Position numbers and translations under genes: made by a program. From Candidatus Bathyarchaeota archaeon (GTDB taxonomy: Archaea > Thermoproteota > CALKCG01 > B24 > DRYS01): a stretch of 64,000 nucleotides of DNA. A model generated the notes under the pieces. It saw only the letters and a program-made list of their open reading frames with translations. It did not search any database and was not told the origin of the DNA. Shown piece by piece: positions 19,502 to 29,745 of the stretch. Where the stretch lies: NCBI GenBank assembly GCA_018396535.1, contig JAGTQC010000001.1:32001-96000 (forward strand), in the 5' to 3' direction. How positions within the stretch are numbered: position 1 is the first letter of the stretch; every line of letters starts with the position of its first letter.

Positions 19502-20146
19502 ATGTACTATAGAGTTAATAGCGTTAGGAAGATTATAGATGAGGATATAAAGAAGGCTTCGATAGAGGAATTTCTAAAGGATTATCTAAAGGATGCTGGG
19601 TTTGGAGGAGTAAGTATACTAACAACACCACTAGGTACACGGGTAACGCTATACGTTATGAGGCCTGGCATGGTGATAGGTAGAGGAGGCCAGAATATAA
19701 TGATGTTATCTAAGATGCTTGAAGAAAAGTTTGGTTTAGAGAATGTACAGATAGCCGTCGCTGATGTACCTAAACCAGAACTAGATCCATACATAATGGC
19801 TTGTCAGATAGCCGCCGCTATGGAGAGGGGGATAAAATTCCGTAGAGCAGCATACTGGGCTTTAAACCGTATAATGAGCGCGGGTGCTCTAGGCGTTGAG
19901 ATAAAGATTTCTGGTAAACTTACATCTGAGAGAGCTAGGACGGAGGCATTCCGTGCTGGATACCTACCTAAATCAGGAGATCCCGCTATGAAGAATGTTA
20001 AAACTGCTTCGGTATCCGTCTTATTGAAGCCTGGTATCTATGGTATAAAGGTATCGATCATACCTCCAGAAGCTGAGTTTCCAGATAAGATAGAGCTTAA
20101 ACTCAAAGAGGAGAGTATTAAAGAAGAGAAGGTTGAGGAGGGTTGA
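19502..20146 (+). CDS. rps3: 30S ribosomal protein S3
   Basis: TPLGT, RPGMVIGRGG KH motif, GVEIKISGKL. Confidence 0.97.
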   Translation: MYYRVNSVRKIIDEDIKKASIEEFLKDYLKDAGFGGVSILTTPLGTRVTLYVMRPGMVIGRGGQNIMMLSKMLEEKFGLENVQIAVADVPKPELDPYIMACQIAAAMERGIKFRRAAYWALNRIMSAGALGVEIKISGKLTSERARTEAFRAGYLPKSGDPAMKNVKTASVSVLLKPGIYGIKVSIIPPEAEFPDKIELKLKEESIKEEKVEEG

Positions 20147-20153
20147 ATTAGCT

Positions 20154-20369
20154 TTGGCTATTCTGAGAATCAAGGATATCAGATCCATGAGTAGTACTGA
20201 GAGGAAGCAGAAATTACTAGAACTTCGTAACGAGTTAGCTAAGATGATGGCTATGGTTAAATCAGGTGGAGCTGTAGAGAACCCCGGCCGTATAAGGGAG
20301 CTTAGGAGAGCTATAGCTCGCATACTCACCGTAGAGAGGGAGGAGCAGATGAGGGTGAGGGGGAGATGA
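20154..20369 (+). CDS. rpl29: 50S ribosomal protein L29
   Basis: ENPGRIRELRRAIARILT; TTG start. Confidence 0.95.
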   Translation: MAILRIKDIRSMSSTERKQKLLELRNELAKMMAMVKSGGAVENPGRIRELRRAIARILTVEREEQMRVRGR

Positions 20370-20638
20370 ACCCTATAACCCCGTACAATATAGTTAGACA
20401 TGAGCTTATAGGATTGGAGGTTAAGGTTTCATCATCATCCAACCCCTATCTTAAAGGTATATCTGGTATAGTTGTAGATGAAACTAAGAATATGCTTTTC
20501 ATAGAGGGGTCGGATGGTAGGGTGCGTAAGGTGCCTAAATCATGTTGTAAATTCAAGTTTAAACTACCCTCAGGTGTTATAGTAGAGGTGGATGGATGGG
20601 TGATAGTAGGTAGACCTGAAGATAGGCTTACGAGGTAG
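20366..20638 (+). CDS. rnp1: RNase P protein component 1 (Rpp29)
   Basis: [17 protein letters not shown] and GRPEDRL motifs. Confidence 0.93.
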   Translation: MNPITPYNIVRHELIGLEVKVSSSSNPYLKGISGIVVDETKNMLFIEGSDGRVRKVPKSCCKFKFKLPSGVIVEVDGWVIVGRPEDRLTR

Positions 20639-20645
20639 ATGTGGC

Positions 20646-20963
20646 GTGGGTACAGCTCAACAGATTGTATGCGATGATAGAGACTGCCCCTTCCACGGTT
20701 CGCTTAGAGTTAGAGGTAGAGTCCTAGAGGGGGTTGTTATAAAAGCTAGAGCTAACAAGATGGTTGTAGTAGAGGTAGAGTACCTACATTACGTTCCTAA
20801 GTATATGCGTTATGAGAGGCGTAGAAGTAGGATACATTCTCATAACCCTCCATGTATAAACGCTAAGGTTGGTGATAGAGTTAAAATAGCTGAGTGTAGA
20901 CCTATAAGCAAGACTGTATCTTTTGTAGTTATAGAGAAGAAGGAGGAGGGCTCTAATGTCTAG
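20646..20963 (+). CDS. rps17: 30S ribosomal protein S17
   Basis: [10 protein letters not shown] and ECRPISKT motifs. Confidence 0.97.
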   Translation: MGTAQQIVCDDRDCPFHGSLRVRGRVLEGVVIKARANKMVVVEVEYLHYVPKYMRYERRRSRIHSHNPPCINAKVGDRVKIAECRPISKTVSFVVIEKKEEGSNV

Positions 20964-21411
20964 TAGAGCTACTAGAGGTGCTGGTAAATCTAGAGCCGTA
21001 TCTGCTAAGGCTGTAGAAGTGCATAAACCGCATATACCTAGAGCACTCCCTATAGGAGCATACCTAGTTTGTGCGGATAACAGTGGTGCTAAAGAGGTTA
21101 AGCTAATAGGTGTTATAGGCTATAAGGGTAGGATTAGGAGGCTTCCAGCAGCTTCGGTTGGGGATATGGTTGTAGTATCTGTTAAGAAAGGTACTACAGA
21201 GCTTAAAGGACAGGTTTTCTATGCAGCCGTAGTTAGACAGAAGCAACCTTATCGTAGAGCAGATGGTACATGGATATGTTTCGAAGATAACGCTGTAGTA
21301 CTCTTAACACCTGAAGGCGATGTTAAAGGTAGCGAGGTTAGAGGACCTATAGCTCTAGAAGCAGCTGATAGGTGGCCTCAGATAGCTTCCATAGCCTCCA
21401 TGGTGGTATAA
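20956..21411 (+). CDS. rpl14: 50S ribosomal protein L14
   Basis: CADNSGAK and FEDNAVV motifs. Confidence 0.97.
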   Translation: MSSRATRGAGKSRAVSAKAVEVHKPHIPRALPIGAYLVCADNSGAKEVKLIGVIGYKGRIRRLPAASVGDMVVVSVKKGTTELKGQVFYAAVVRQKQPYRRADGTWICFEDNAVVLLTPEGDVKGSEVRGPIALEAADRWPQIASIASMVV

Positions 21412-21412
21412 T

Positions 21413-21805
21413 ATGGTTAAAAATATCCCTGGATCTAAACGGAAAACTCAGAGAAGACGCTTCTTCGAAGCTCCGATCCACCGTATACGTAGAATGATGT
21501 CGGCTCCTCTATCTGATGAACTAAGGGAGAAGTATAATGTTAGATCTTTCCCAGTGCATAAGGGGGATACGGTTAAGGTTCTCAGAGGTGATTATAAGGG
21601 CGTAACCGGGACAGTCGTTAGGGTAGATTATGGTAAGAGGAGGATATACGTAGACGGTGTCGTTAGGCAGAAGGCTAGTGGCGAAACTGTACATGTACCT
21701 ATCCATCCGTCTAAAGTTATGATAGTTAAGTTAAACTTAGATGATAAGCGTAGGGTAGAGGCTCTCGAGAGAGCTTCCAAGATTAAGATGGTGGTGGGAG
21801 GATAG
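21413..21805 (+). CDS. rpl24: 50S ribosomal protein L24
   Basis: KGDTVKVLRGD KOW motif, IHPSKV. Confidence 0.96.
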   Translation: MVKNIPGSKRKTQRRRFFEAPIHRIRRMMSAPLSDELREKYNVRSFPVHKGDTVKVLRGDYKGVTGTVVRVDYGKRRIYVDGVVRQKASGETVHVPIHPSKVMIVKLNLDDKRRVEALERASKIKMVVGG

Positions 21806-21809
21806 TATA

Positions 21810-22586
21810 ATGGGGAAGATGGGTGGTTCTAGGCATCTAAAGAGGCTTGCAGCTCCACCAATATGGCCTATACCTAGGAAAACCGCTATATGGGCTGTTA
21901 AAACGTCTCCAGGCCCCCATCCGGCGGATTATAGTATACCGCTCGCTATCATCTTAAGGGATATACTAGGTTATGCGAATAATATGCGTGAAGTACGGTT
22001 TATACTAAATAATAGGATGGTGTTAGTTGATGGTTTAGCTAGGGTTGACCCAGGCTTTCCTGTAGGCATCATGGATGTCCTATCTATACCTAAAACTGGC
22101 GAACACTATCGTATCCTACCTAATAGAAGCGGCAGATTAACTCTCCACCGTATAGATGGGGTGGAAGCACGGTTTAAGCTATGTAAGATTATAGGTAAGA
22201 CTATGCTTAAGAATGGAAGGCTTCAGTTAAACCTACATGATGGTAGGAATCTATTAGTGAGGCTATCAGATCCCATGCATCCAGTAGAGGATGTATACCA
22301 TACACACGATTCGATCCAGATCTCCATACCGAATAATACTATGCTATCCCATATACCCTTGAAGGAGGGGGCTATATGCCTAGTCGTTAGGGGTAGTAAT
22401 ATGGGTCGTGTAGGTTATCTAGTAGAAAGGATACCTGGCAGCCTTACATCAGATCCTAGAGCTATACTAGAGAATGAGGGGGGAGAAAGATTCGAAAGCA
22501 TACTAGACTATGTATTCCCTATAGGCATCGATAAGCCGCTTATCTCTCTACCTAAACCTACATTAGAGGTTGTTAAACATGAGTAG
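21810..22586 (+). CDS. rps4e: 30S ribosomal protein S4e
   Basis: HLKRLAAP, PGPH and QLNLHDGRN motifs. Confidence 0.97.
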   Translation: MGKMGGSRHLKRLAAPPIWPIPRKTAIWAVKTSPGPHPADYSIPLAIILRDILGYANNMREVRFILNNRMVLVDGLARVDPGFPVGIMDVLSIPKTGEHYRILPNRSGRLTLHRIDGVEARFKLCKIIGKTMLKNGRLQLNLHDGRNLLVRLSDPMHPVEDVYHTHDSIQISIPNNTMLSHIPLKEGAICLVVRGSNMGRVGYLVERIPGSLTSDPRAILENEGGERFESILDYVFPIGIDKPLISLPKPTLEVVKHE

Positions 22587-23079
22587 CCCATATGATAATC
22601 CTATGAGGAGACCTAAGATAATAAAGGTAGTTGTTCATTCATGCGTAGGTGAATCAGGTGCTCCGTTAGAGAAGGCTATGAAGATATTGGAGGAACTGAC
22701 AGGTGCTAAACCATGCATCAGGAAGGCTAAACGTACGATAAAGGATTTCGGTATATACCGTGGAGAACCTATATCCTGTATGGTTACCCTTAGGGGTTCT
22801 AAAGCTGTAGAATTCTTAAAGAAGGCTTTAGCCGCTGTAGGGAATAGGATTAAAGCTTCAAGCTTCGATAAATACGGGAACTTTAGCTTCGGTATAAGAG
22901 AGCATCTAGATATACCTGGTACGAAATATAATCCTGAGCTGGGTACGATCGGTATGGATGTATGCGTTCATATAGGGAGACCTGGATATAACGTAGATAA
23001 TATAGGAAAGGAGCATAGGATAACAAAGGAGGAAGCTATAAGATTCATGAAGGAGGCATTCGGTGTAGAGGTTATATAA
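22579..23079 (+). CDS. rpl5: 50S ribosomal protein L5
   Basis: NPMRRP, VGESG and GNFSFGIREH motifs. Confidence 0.96.
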   Translation: MSSPYDNPMRRPKIIKVVVHSCVGESGAPLEKAMKILEELTGAKPCIRKAKRTIKDFGIYRGEPISCMVTLRGSKAVEFLKKALAAVGNRIKASSFDKYGNFSFGIREHLDIPGTKYNPELGTIGMDVCVHIGRPGYNVDNIGKEHRITKEEAIRFMKEAFGVEVI

Positions 23080-23339
23080 TCTGGTTACCGTAACAGATTC
23101 CTTAATACCCTGGTTTAAGTAATAAATTTTTGAGAAAAATGGATACTTAACTTATAGCATATAAGGGTAGGCTAGGTTCTGGGAGATGCGTCGATAATGT
23201 ATAGGTAGCCGATAGAGATATACCACCGAGTTATCTATAAACTTTCGAAACGAGATCTACAATATATACATTCAAGGGAAATACTTTTTAGGAAGATAGC
23301 TTATGATGCTTTAGAGAGTTAAGATAGGGGCTTAAGGAT

Positions 23340-23504
23340 ATGGCTAAACATAGACCTCCTAAGGAGAGGAAGTTTGGTAAGGGTAGTCGTAGGTGTAGAC
23401 GTTGTGGTAGTCATGAGGCTATAATCCAAGCATATAACCTCATGTATTGTAGGAGGTGCTTCAGAGAGGTAGCCCCGCTTCTAGGTTTTAAAAAGTTCGA
23501 CTAG
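23340..23504 (+). CDS. rps14: 30S ribosomal protein S14 (Zn-finger); absent from the ORF track
   Basis: Manual translation [23 protein letters not shown]...[19 protein letters not shown]. Confidence 0.96.
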   Translation: MAKHRPPKERKFGKGSRRCRRCGSHEAIIQAYNLMYCRRCFREVAPLLGFKKFD

Positions 23505-23515
23505 GTCGATAGGAT

Positions 23516-23908
23516 ATGGTTATGGTTGATCCATTATCGAATGCTATGGCTATAATAGACAACTCTGAAAGGAGGAGGAAGAAGGAGTGTATAATAGCAC
23601 CTGCGTCTAAACTTATAGGTGAAATCTTACGGATAATGCAGAAATATGGGTATATTGGCGAATTCGAATATATAGACGATGGGTATAACGGTAAGTTTAG
23701 AGTACAGCTACTCGGACGTATAAATAAGTGTAAAGCTATAAGACCCAGATTCTCAGCTCGTAAAGATGAAATCCTCGATTTTGCTCGTAAATATCTACCT
23801 TCACGCGATATAGGTATACTTATACTTACTACATCTAAAGGTGTGATGACGCATAAGGAGGCTTTATCTCTAGGTATAGGTGGTAAGCTGCTAGCTTTCG
23901 TATACTGA
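23516..23908 (+). CDS. rps8: 30S ribosomal protein S8
   Basis: DPLSNA, GYIGEFE and TTSKGVMTH motifs. Confidence 0.97.
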   Translation: MVMVDPLSNAMAIIDNSERRRKKECIIAPASKLIGEILRIMQKYGYIGEFEYIDDGYNGKFRVQLLGRINKCKAIRPRFSARKDEILDFARKYLPSRDIGILILTTSKGVMTHKEALSLGIGGKLLAFVY

Positions 23909-23923
23909 TGGGGGGTATCGGGT

Positions 23924-24484
23924 ATGATGGCTACACAGTTTGCCGAAACGAGGATCGTTAAGATCCCAGCAGGTGCAGATATAGAGGTAGATGGGTTTAA
24001 GGTAACTGTTAAGGGTCCTCTAGGTATGATAACTAAGGATTTCTCTCACATACCGCATAGGAATGTAACGATAAGGAGGGAGGGTGATACGGTGTTCATC
24101 GAAGCCTATGGTAAAGTTAAACGTTCTATCAAAGCTATTCTAGGTACACTACAAGCACATATAGAGAATATGATTACTGGTGTAACTAAGGGGTTTACGT
24201 ATCGCCTTAAAATAGTATACTCGCACTTCCCTATATCCGTGAAGGTTAAGGATGGGGCTGTGTATATAGAGAATTTCATAGGTGAGCGAACTCCTAGAGT
24301 AGCTAAGATCGTAGGTAATGTTAAGGTGATAGTCGAGAAGGAGGATTTGATTATTAAAGGATTGGATATAGATGCTGTAGCACAAACAGCTGCTAATATA
24401 GAGCAGGCAACTAAGGTTAGGAGGAGGGATCCGAGGGTATTTCTAGACGGTATATACGTATACTCTAAGGAGGTTGGTATGTAG
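23924..24484 (+). CDS. rpl6: 50S ribosomal protein L6
   Basis: VKGPLG, YSHFP and DPRVFLDGIY motifs. Confidence 0.97.
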   Translation: MMATQFAETRIVKIPAGADIEVDGFKVTVKGPLGMITKDFSHIPHRNVTIRREGDTVFIEAYGKVKRSIKAILGTLQAHIENMITGVTKGFTYRLKIVYSHFPISVKVKDGAVYIENFIGERTPRVAKIVGNVKVIVEKEDLIIKGLDIDAVAQTAANIEQATKVRRRDPRVFLDGIYVYSKEVGM

Positions 24485-24918
24485 TGAGCGGGGAGACACA
24501 GCAGCCGAAGCCTAAGCCTAAACTCTCTGATAGAGGGAGACGTCTACTAAAGCTTAGGATGGAGAGATCTGTGAAGTTTGTTAGACAGGAGAGTTGGAGG
24601 TATGCACGTGTCGATGAGAATTGGAGGAAGCCTAGAGGCGTATCTAGTAAGATGAGGCGTCGTATGAGAGGCTGGCCTAGGATCGTATCGATAGGCTATG
24701 GTTCGCCTAGAATCGTTAGGGGACTCCATCCTTCAGGCTTCAGGGAGGTCCTAGTATATAGGGAGGAGGATCTAGAGGGTTTAGATCCTGAGAGGGATGC
24801 GGTACGTATAGCTCACACCGTAGGTATGAGGAAGAGGAGGGCTATACTCGATAAAGCTAGGAAGCTTGGTTTGAAGGTTCTAAACCCGGGTGTCGTAGTG
24901 GAGGTTGGAGTTAAATGA
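24484..24918 (+). CDS. rpl32e: 50S ribosomal protein L32e
   Basis: WRKPRG, RGLHPSG and KVLNP motifs. Confidence 0.96.
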   Translation: MSGETQQPKPKPKLSDRGRRLLKLRMERSVKFVRQESWRYARVDENWRKPRGVSSKMRRRMRGWPRIVSIGYGSPRIVRGLHPSGFREVLVYREEDLEGLDPERDAVRIAHTVGMRKRRAILDKARKLGLKVLNPGVVVEVGVK

Positions 24919-25349
24919 AGGTGGATACCCAGCGTCGTATAGTTGCATCCATGCTTGGTGTAGGCTATCATAGGGTATGGATAGATCCTGAGAGGGTGGA
25001 GGATGTACAGTCGGCTATAACTAGAGGCGATTTAAAAGCTCTAGTAAAGGATGGGGTCATAAGGATTAGACCTATCAAGGGTACTAGTAGAGCTAGGGTT
25101 GGGAAGCGGAGGAGGGGGCCTGGGAGCGTTAAAGGTAGCTTTAAATCGAGGATTGATGAGGGGCAGATGTGGGTTGCACGTATAAGAGCTCTAAGAAGGG
25201 AGTTGAAGATCCTGAGGGAGAAACGTATGATAACTAGGTCTACGTATAGGGAGCTATACCGCCTAGCCAAAGGCGGTGTTTTCCGCTCTGTAAGAGAGCT
25301 TAGAAGCTACATATATAGTCATGGGTTGGCTAGGAGGCTGCCTATATGA
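24915..25349 (+). CDS. rpl19e: 50S ribosomal protein L19e
   Basis: RVWIDP, RRRGPGS and LYRLAKGG motifs. Confidence 0.95.
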   Translation: MKVDTQRRIVASMLGVGYHRVWIDPERVEDVQSAITRGDLKALVKDGVIRIRPIKGTSRARVGKRRRGPGSVKGSFKSRIDEGQMWVARIRALRRELKILREKRMITRSTYRELYRLAKGGVFRSVRELRSYIYSHGLARRLPI

Positions 25350-25936
25350 ATGGGAAAGTTATAGCTCTCCCGCTTAAACGTATGAGGCTTGGTTTAACCG
25401 ATTATAGGCGTAGGAGAAAGCTTATATTATCCGGTCTACCTAGGTTTACCGTTAGACTCTCGAATAGGTATATACTAGTCCAGCTGATAGAAGCTAGGAT
25501 AGGTGGTGATCATACTATAGCGTCGTTCTATTCTAGAGAGCTAGTTACTAGGTATGGGTGGAAGGCTTCATGTATAAATATACCTGCAGCATACCTATCC
25601 GGCTTAGTAGCAGGTTATAGATCTTTGAAAGCTGGCGTGGAGAAAGCTGTACTGGATGTTAAAAGGTTTGGTAAAGGTTTCAGATGTTCAGCTGTACTTA
25701 AGGGTGCGTTGGATGCAGGTATGGATATACCTCATGGCGAAGGTATATTTCCAAGCGAATCTAGGATTAGGGGGGAACATATAGCTAGCTATGCAGCTCT
25801 ACTAGAGAAGGTCAACCCGGAAGCCTATCGTAGAAGATTTAGTTTATATCTAGCTAGAGGTTTAGATCCTAAAGATTTACCTAGACATTTCGATGAAACA
25901 TATAAAGCTATAGTAGAGGAGTACAGGGAGGTGTAG
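25346..25936 (+). CDS. rpl18: 50S ribosomal protein L18
   Basis: TDYRRRRKL, NIPAAYL and RIRGEHIA motifs. Confidence 0.95.
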   Translation: MNGKVIALPLKRMRLGLTDYRRRRKLILSGLPRFTVRLSNRYILVQLIEARIGGDHTIASFYSRELVTRYGWKASCINIPAAYLSGLVAGYRSLKAGVEKAVLDVKRFGKGFRCSAVLKGALDAGMDIPHGEGIFPSESRIRGEHIASYAALLEKVNPEAYRRRFSLYLARGLDPKDLPRHFDETYKAIVEEYREV

Positions 25937-25940
25937 AACT

Positions 25941-26564
25941 ATGGCTTTAGATACGAGTAGCTGGACTCCTAAAACACAGTTAGGGGAGATCGTTAAGAAG
26001 GGGTTGATAACAAGTCTAGATGAGGTATTTGCTAGAGGATACAAGATAATGGAGCCTGAGATAGTCGATACACTGCTACCAGATATCCAGTATGAGATCA
26101 TATATACATCGATAGTTCAGAAGCAGACTGATGCAGGTGAGAAATCACGTTTTAAAGTGATAGTAGCTGTAGGTAACGGAGACGGATATATAGGCGTAGG
26201 ATCTAGTAAAGCTGCTCAATGGCGGTTAGCAGTCGATAAAGCTTTGAAGGAAGCTAAGCTTAACATAACGCCTGTAAGACGTGGATGTGGCTCATGGGAG
26301 TGTAGCTGTGATCAACCACACTCAGTTCCATTCAGAGTTATAGGTAAATGTGGTAGTGTTAGGTTTGAGATACTACCAGGACCTAGGGGTTTAGGCTTAG
26401 TAGCTAACGATACATCTAAGATACTACTAAGATTAGCAGGGGTGAGGGATTGTTGGACTAGGAGTAGGGGGTCTACAAGAACTACTCAATCCCTTATATA
26501 TGCTACATTCAACGCTTTAGCGAATACCTATCGTATAATTACACCGGAAGATTGGGTGAGGTGA
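25941..26564 (+). CDS. rps5: 30S ribosomal protein S5
   Basis: WTPKTQLG, QKQTDAG and RGCGSWEC motifs. Confidence 0.97.
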   Translation: MALDTSSWTPKTQLGEIVKKGLITSLDEVFARGYKIMEPEIVDTLLPDIQYEIIYTSIVQKQTDAGEKSRFKVIVAVGNGDGYIGVGSSKAAQWRLAVDKALKEAKLNITPVRRGCGSWECSCDQPHSVPFRVIGKCGSVRFEILPGPRGLGLVANDTSKILLRLAGVRDCWTRSRGSTRTTQSLIYATFNALANTYRIITPEDWVR

Positions 26565-26576
26565 TCCGTATAGACT

Positions 26577-27035
26577 ATGATCGCTGTTATAAGGATTCGG
26601 GGTACCGTTAACGTTAGGATGGATGTAGAGGAGACTCTTAGAAGGCTTAGACTTAAGAAGCTTAACCACTGCGTAATCCTACCTAAGACAGATGCATATC
26701 TAGGTATGATCGAGAAGGTTAAGGATTGGGTTGCATACGGAGAGATAGATCTAGATACGCTTAAACTATTATTAAAGGAGAGAGGCTCTATAACCGGGGG
26801 TAAACCTTTAACCGATGATGTTTGTAGAAAGTTAGGGTTCGATGGGATAGATGGGTTAGCTGAGGCCATATACTATGGGAAGGTAAGCTTTAAGGATCTT
26901 AAGATAGTAAAACCCGTATTTAGGCTACATCCACCTTCAGGGGGATACTATAAGAATACTAGGAGACACTATCCTGAAGGCTCCCTAGGATACTGGGGTA
27001 GAGATATACGGAAGCTTATCGAGCATATGGTCTAG
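26577..27035 (+). CDS. rpl30: 50S ribosomal protein L30
   Basis: IAVIRIRG and FRLHPP motifs. Confidence 0.96.
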   Translation: MIAVIRIRGTVNVRMDVEETLRRLRLKKLNHCVILPKTDAYLGMIEKVKDWVAYGEIDLDTLKLLLKERGSITGGKPLTDDVCRKLGFDGIDGLAEAIYYGKVSFKDLKIVKPVFRLHPPSGGYYKNTRRHYPEGSLGYWGRDIRKLIEHMV

Positions 27036-27145
27036 ATTACTTCGTATCTATCTGAAACTGAGAGTATAGGGTAGGGTTTTAGTTCAAGTTTGGAGAAATC
27101 TTTTTAGATATCCTACCTACAGGTCTAGAGGATAGTGGGATAGTT

Positions 27146-27568
27146 ATGGCTAGAAGGTATAGGAAGTCTAGGTGGATGAGGGGGTCTAGAACGCATGGAT
27201 GGGGTGTTAGCGGTCAGCATAGGGGTAAGGGTTCACGTGGAGGATACGGTATGGCTGGTGGACATAAGCATAAGTGGTCGTGGATAGTTAAGTATGCACC
27301 AGATCACTTCGGTAAAAGAGGGTTTAAACCCCCGTATAGCGTCGAAGACGTATGCATAAATGTCGGCGAGCTCGAGGATCTAGCTGCTAAACTCGGGGTA
27401 AGCGAGAATGGGACTATAGATCTTGAATCTATAGGCTATACTAAGCTACTAGGGGGAGGCTCCATTAGTAAACCTTTCAATATAGTTGTTAGGAAAGCTT
27501 CTAGGAATGCTGTAGAGAAGATTAAATCTATAGGTGGTAGTATAGTTATATTGAGTAGAGCAGAGTAG
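27146..27568 (+). CDS. rpl15: 50S ribosomal protein L15
   Basis: RGSRTHGWG, GKRGF and KLLGGG motifs. Confidence 0.96.
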   Translation: MARRYRKSRWMRGSRTHGWGVSGQHRGKGSRGGYGMAGGHKHKWSWIVKYAPDHFGKRGFKPPYSVEDVCINVGELEDLAAKLGVSENGTIDLESIGYTKLLGGGSISKPFNIVVRKASRNAVEKIKSIGGSIVILSRAE

Positions 27569-27587
27569 TTTAGGTGTCTATTAGGTT

Positions 27588-29003
27588 ATGGCTGGACGGT
27601 TCCTCTCACTATTCAAACCTGTGAAGTCGATCCTACCAGAGGTTCAAGCTCCGGTACGGAAGCCATCATTCAGCGAGAGGATACTATGGACAGCCTTCGC
27701 TCTTATAGTATACCTCGTTATGAGCGAAATACCTCTCTACCATGTAACTAGAGGCGCGGATATATACTTCGCATATCGTGTAATCTTCGCTTCACGTAGA
27801 GGAACGCTTATGGAGCTAGGTATAGGTCCTATCGTTACAGCAGGATTAGTGCTACAGATACTTGTAGGTGGCGGATTGATAGAAGCCGATCTAAGTAAGC
27901 CTGAGGATAGAGCATTGTTTACAGTCGCTAGCAAATTCCTATCTATAATACTAGCTCTATTTCAGATAACTCTATTTCTATCTACAGGTGTATGGGGCTA
28001 CCTAACCCTATTCGAGAGTATGATCGTATTCATGCAGCTTCTAGCTGCAACCCTAATAGTGATACTTCTAGATGAAATGGTGCAGAAGGGCTGGGGTTTT
28101 GGTAGCGGTATAAGCTTATTCATAGCTGGAGGTGTTATACAGGAGATTCTATGGCAAGCCTTCGCTCCTATACCAGCACCTGATGGATCCTTATACGGGG
28201 CTATACCATCATTTATACAGAATATAATTTCTGGGAATCCATCCGCAGCATTCTTCAGAGAACATGGATACCCAGATATGACTGGGTTAATCTCGACTAT
28301 GATACTACTCCTAGTGCTACTATATCTTCAAGGTATAAGGGTGGATATACCTATATCCTTCGCTAGATACAGAGGTTATAGAGGGCGATACCCTATACAA
28401 CTCCTATACCTTTCTAGTATACCAGTCATATTTACTTCAGCTTTATTCAGTAATCTATACGTAGGCGCTCAGATACTATGGTCTAATATGAATAGAGATA
28501 ACAGTAACCCCTGGCTTAACTGGATCGGTATGTTCACTACGGATGAAGCCGGTATTAGACCTATAGGTCCATCGCTAGCGTACTATCTGACACCTCCTAG
28601 AAGTATAGTTGGTATCCTAGAGGATCCGGTGAGAGCTATCATATACATAACTTTAATGGCTTTCTTCTGTATAATCTTCAGCTGGACATGGCTTACGATA
28701 GGGGGTATCGGCCCCTCAGATGTAGCTCGCCAACTTGTCGATGCAGGTGTTCAGATACCTGGATACAGGATGACTGAGAAAACCGTATACTCTATCCTCA
28801 ATAAGTATATACCTGTAGTAGGATTGTTCGGAGGATTTCTCATAGGTTTAATCGCAGGTTTAGCCGATTTGATAAACGTATTCGGTTCTGGTATAGGTAT
28901 ACTCTTAACGATAGGTATAATATACAACTACTACCAGATACTACTACGCGAACGTCTATTCGAGATGTATCCTGGGCTGGAGCGTATGATAGGGGGTAGA
29001 TAG
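27588..29003 (+). CDS. secY: Preprotein translocase subunit SecY
   Basis: GTLMELGIGPIVTA and GWGFGSGISLFI motifs; multiple TM helices. Confidence 0.97.
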   Translation: MAGRFLSLFKPVKSILPEVQAPVRKPSFSERILWTAFALIVYLVMSEIPLYHVTRGADIYFAYRVIFASRRGTLMELGIGPIVTAGLVLQILVGGGLIEADLSKPEDRALFTVASKFLSIILALFQITLFLSTGVWGYLTLFESMIVFMQLLAATLIVILLDEMVQKGWGFGSGISLFIAGGVIQEILWQAFAPIPAPDGSLYGAIPSFIQNIISGNPSAAFFREHGYPDMTGLISTMILLLVLLYLQGIRVDIPISFARYRGYRGRYPIQLLYLSSIPVIFTSALFSNLYVGAQILWSNMNRDNSNPWLNWIGMFTTDEAGIRPIGPSLAYYLTPPRSIVGILEDPVRAIIYITLMAFFCIIFSWTWLTIGGIGPSDVARQLVDAGVQIPGYRMTEKTVYSILNKYIPVVGLFGGFLIGLIAGLADLINVFGSGIGILLTIGIIYNYYQILLRERLFEMYPGLERMIGGR

Positions 29004-29004
29004 G

Positions 29005-29529
29005 ATGGATATCCTATACTCTATATGGAATGCTATAGTAGGGTTTCTAAGCCAGTTCACATATGATTTGAGGGTTGCATGTATATTCACAGTAGTATCA
29101 GCTTCACTTATAATACTCGCATCTATAGGCTTATCAAGGATCTTCATAGATATCAAACTTCAAAGAGAGTATATGATTATACTATCAGAGTATAGATCGC
29201 TCCTAGATGAAGCTAGGCGTACGGGTGATCCTAAAATCCTATCTAAGGTTAAGAAGAAGAAGACTATGGTGGAGCATATGGGGTCTAAGGTATCGATACA
29301 GAATCTTAAGATGATGGCTATATCTATGGCTGTATTCTTCCTAGTATTCAGTATACTTTCATCAGCATTCCAGGGTAGACCAGCAGCTTTAACCATACTC
29401 TACTCTCATAGGGAGCCATTAATCCTCCCATTCTATATATGGTATATGGTTTGCAGCCTCACGATCGGTAGGATGCTATTCAAGCTATTCGGGTTTGAAG
29501 CTCCAGGGCAGACTCGTAGCTCCACCTAA
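29005..29529 (+). CDS. DUF106 / EMC3-TMCO1 (Oxa1 superfamily) membrane protein
   Basis: TM-coiled coil-TM layout, WYMVCS motif, conserved position after secY. Confidence 0.75.
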   Translation: MDILYSIWNAIVGFLSQFTYDLRVACIFTVVSASLIILASIGLSRIFIDIKLQREYMIILSEYRSLLDEARRTGDPKILSKVKKKKTMVEHMGSKVSIQNLKMMAISMAVFFLVFSILSSAFQGRPAALTILYSHREPLILPFYIWYMVCSLTIGRMLFKLFGFEAPGQTRSST

Positions 29530-29559
29530 AAGATTTAAGTTTATCCTATAGGATTCTCG

Positions 29560-29739
29560 ATGGATATGGTGCAGGATATGGGTAAACCTAGATGCGCTAT
29601 ATGCGGTAGGTTTCTGCACGGCGTAGATTATGAAGCCGATACTAAGTCATCGCGTAGACCTGAGAGACCTTACGGAGGATATGTATGCCATAGATGTTTG
29701 GAGAGAGGTATAAGGGATGCTGTTAGAAGGGGGGTATAG
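29560..29739 (+). CDS. rpl34e: 50S ribosomal protein L34e, N-terminally short; absent from the ORF track (start 29560 or 29578)
   Basis: GKPRCAICGRFLHGV...KSSRRPERPYGGYVCHRCL; syntenic position before cmk. Confidence 0.88.
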   Translation: MDMVQDMGKPRCAICGRFLHGVDYEADTKSSRRPERPYGGYVCHRCLERGIRDAVRRGV

Positions 29740-29745
29740 GAGGAT

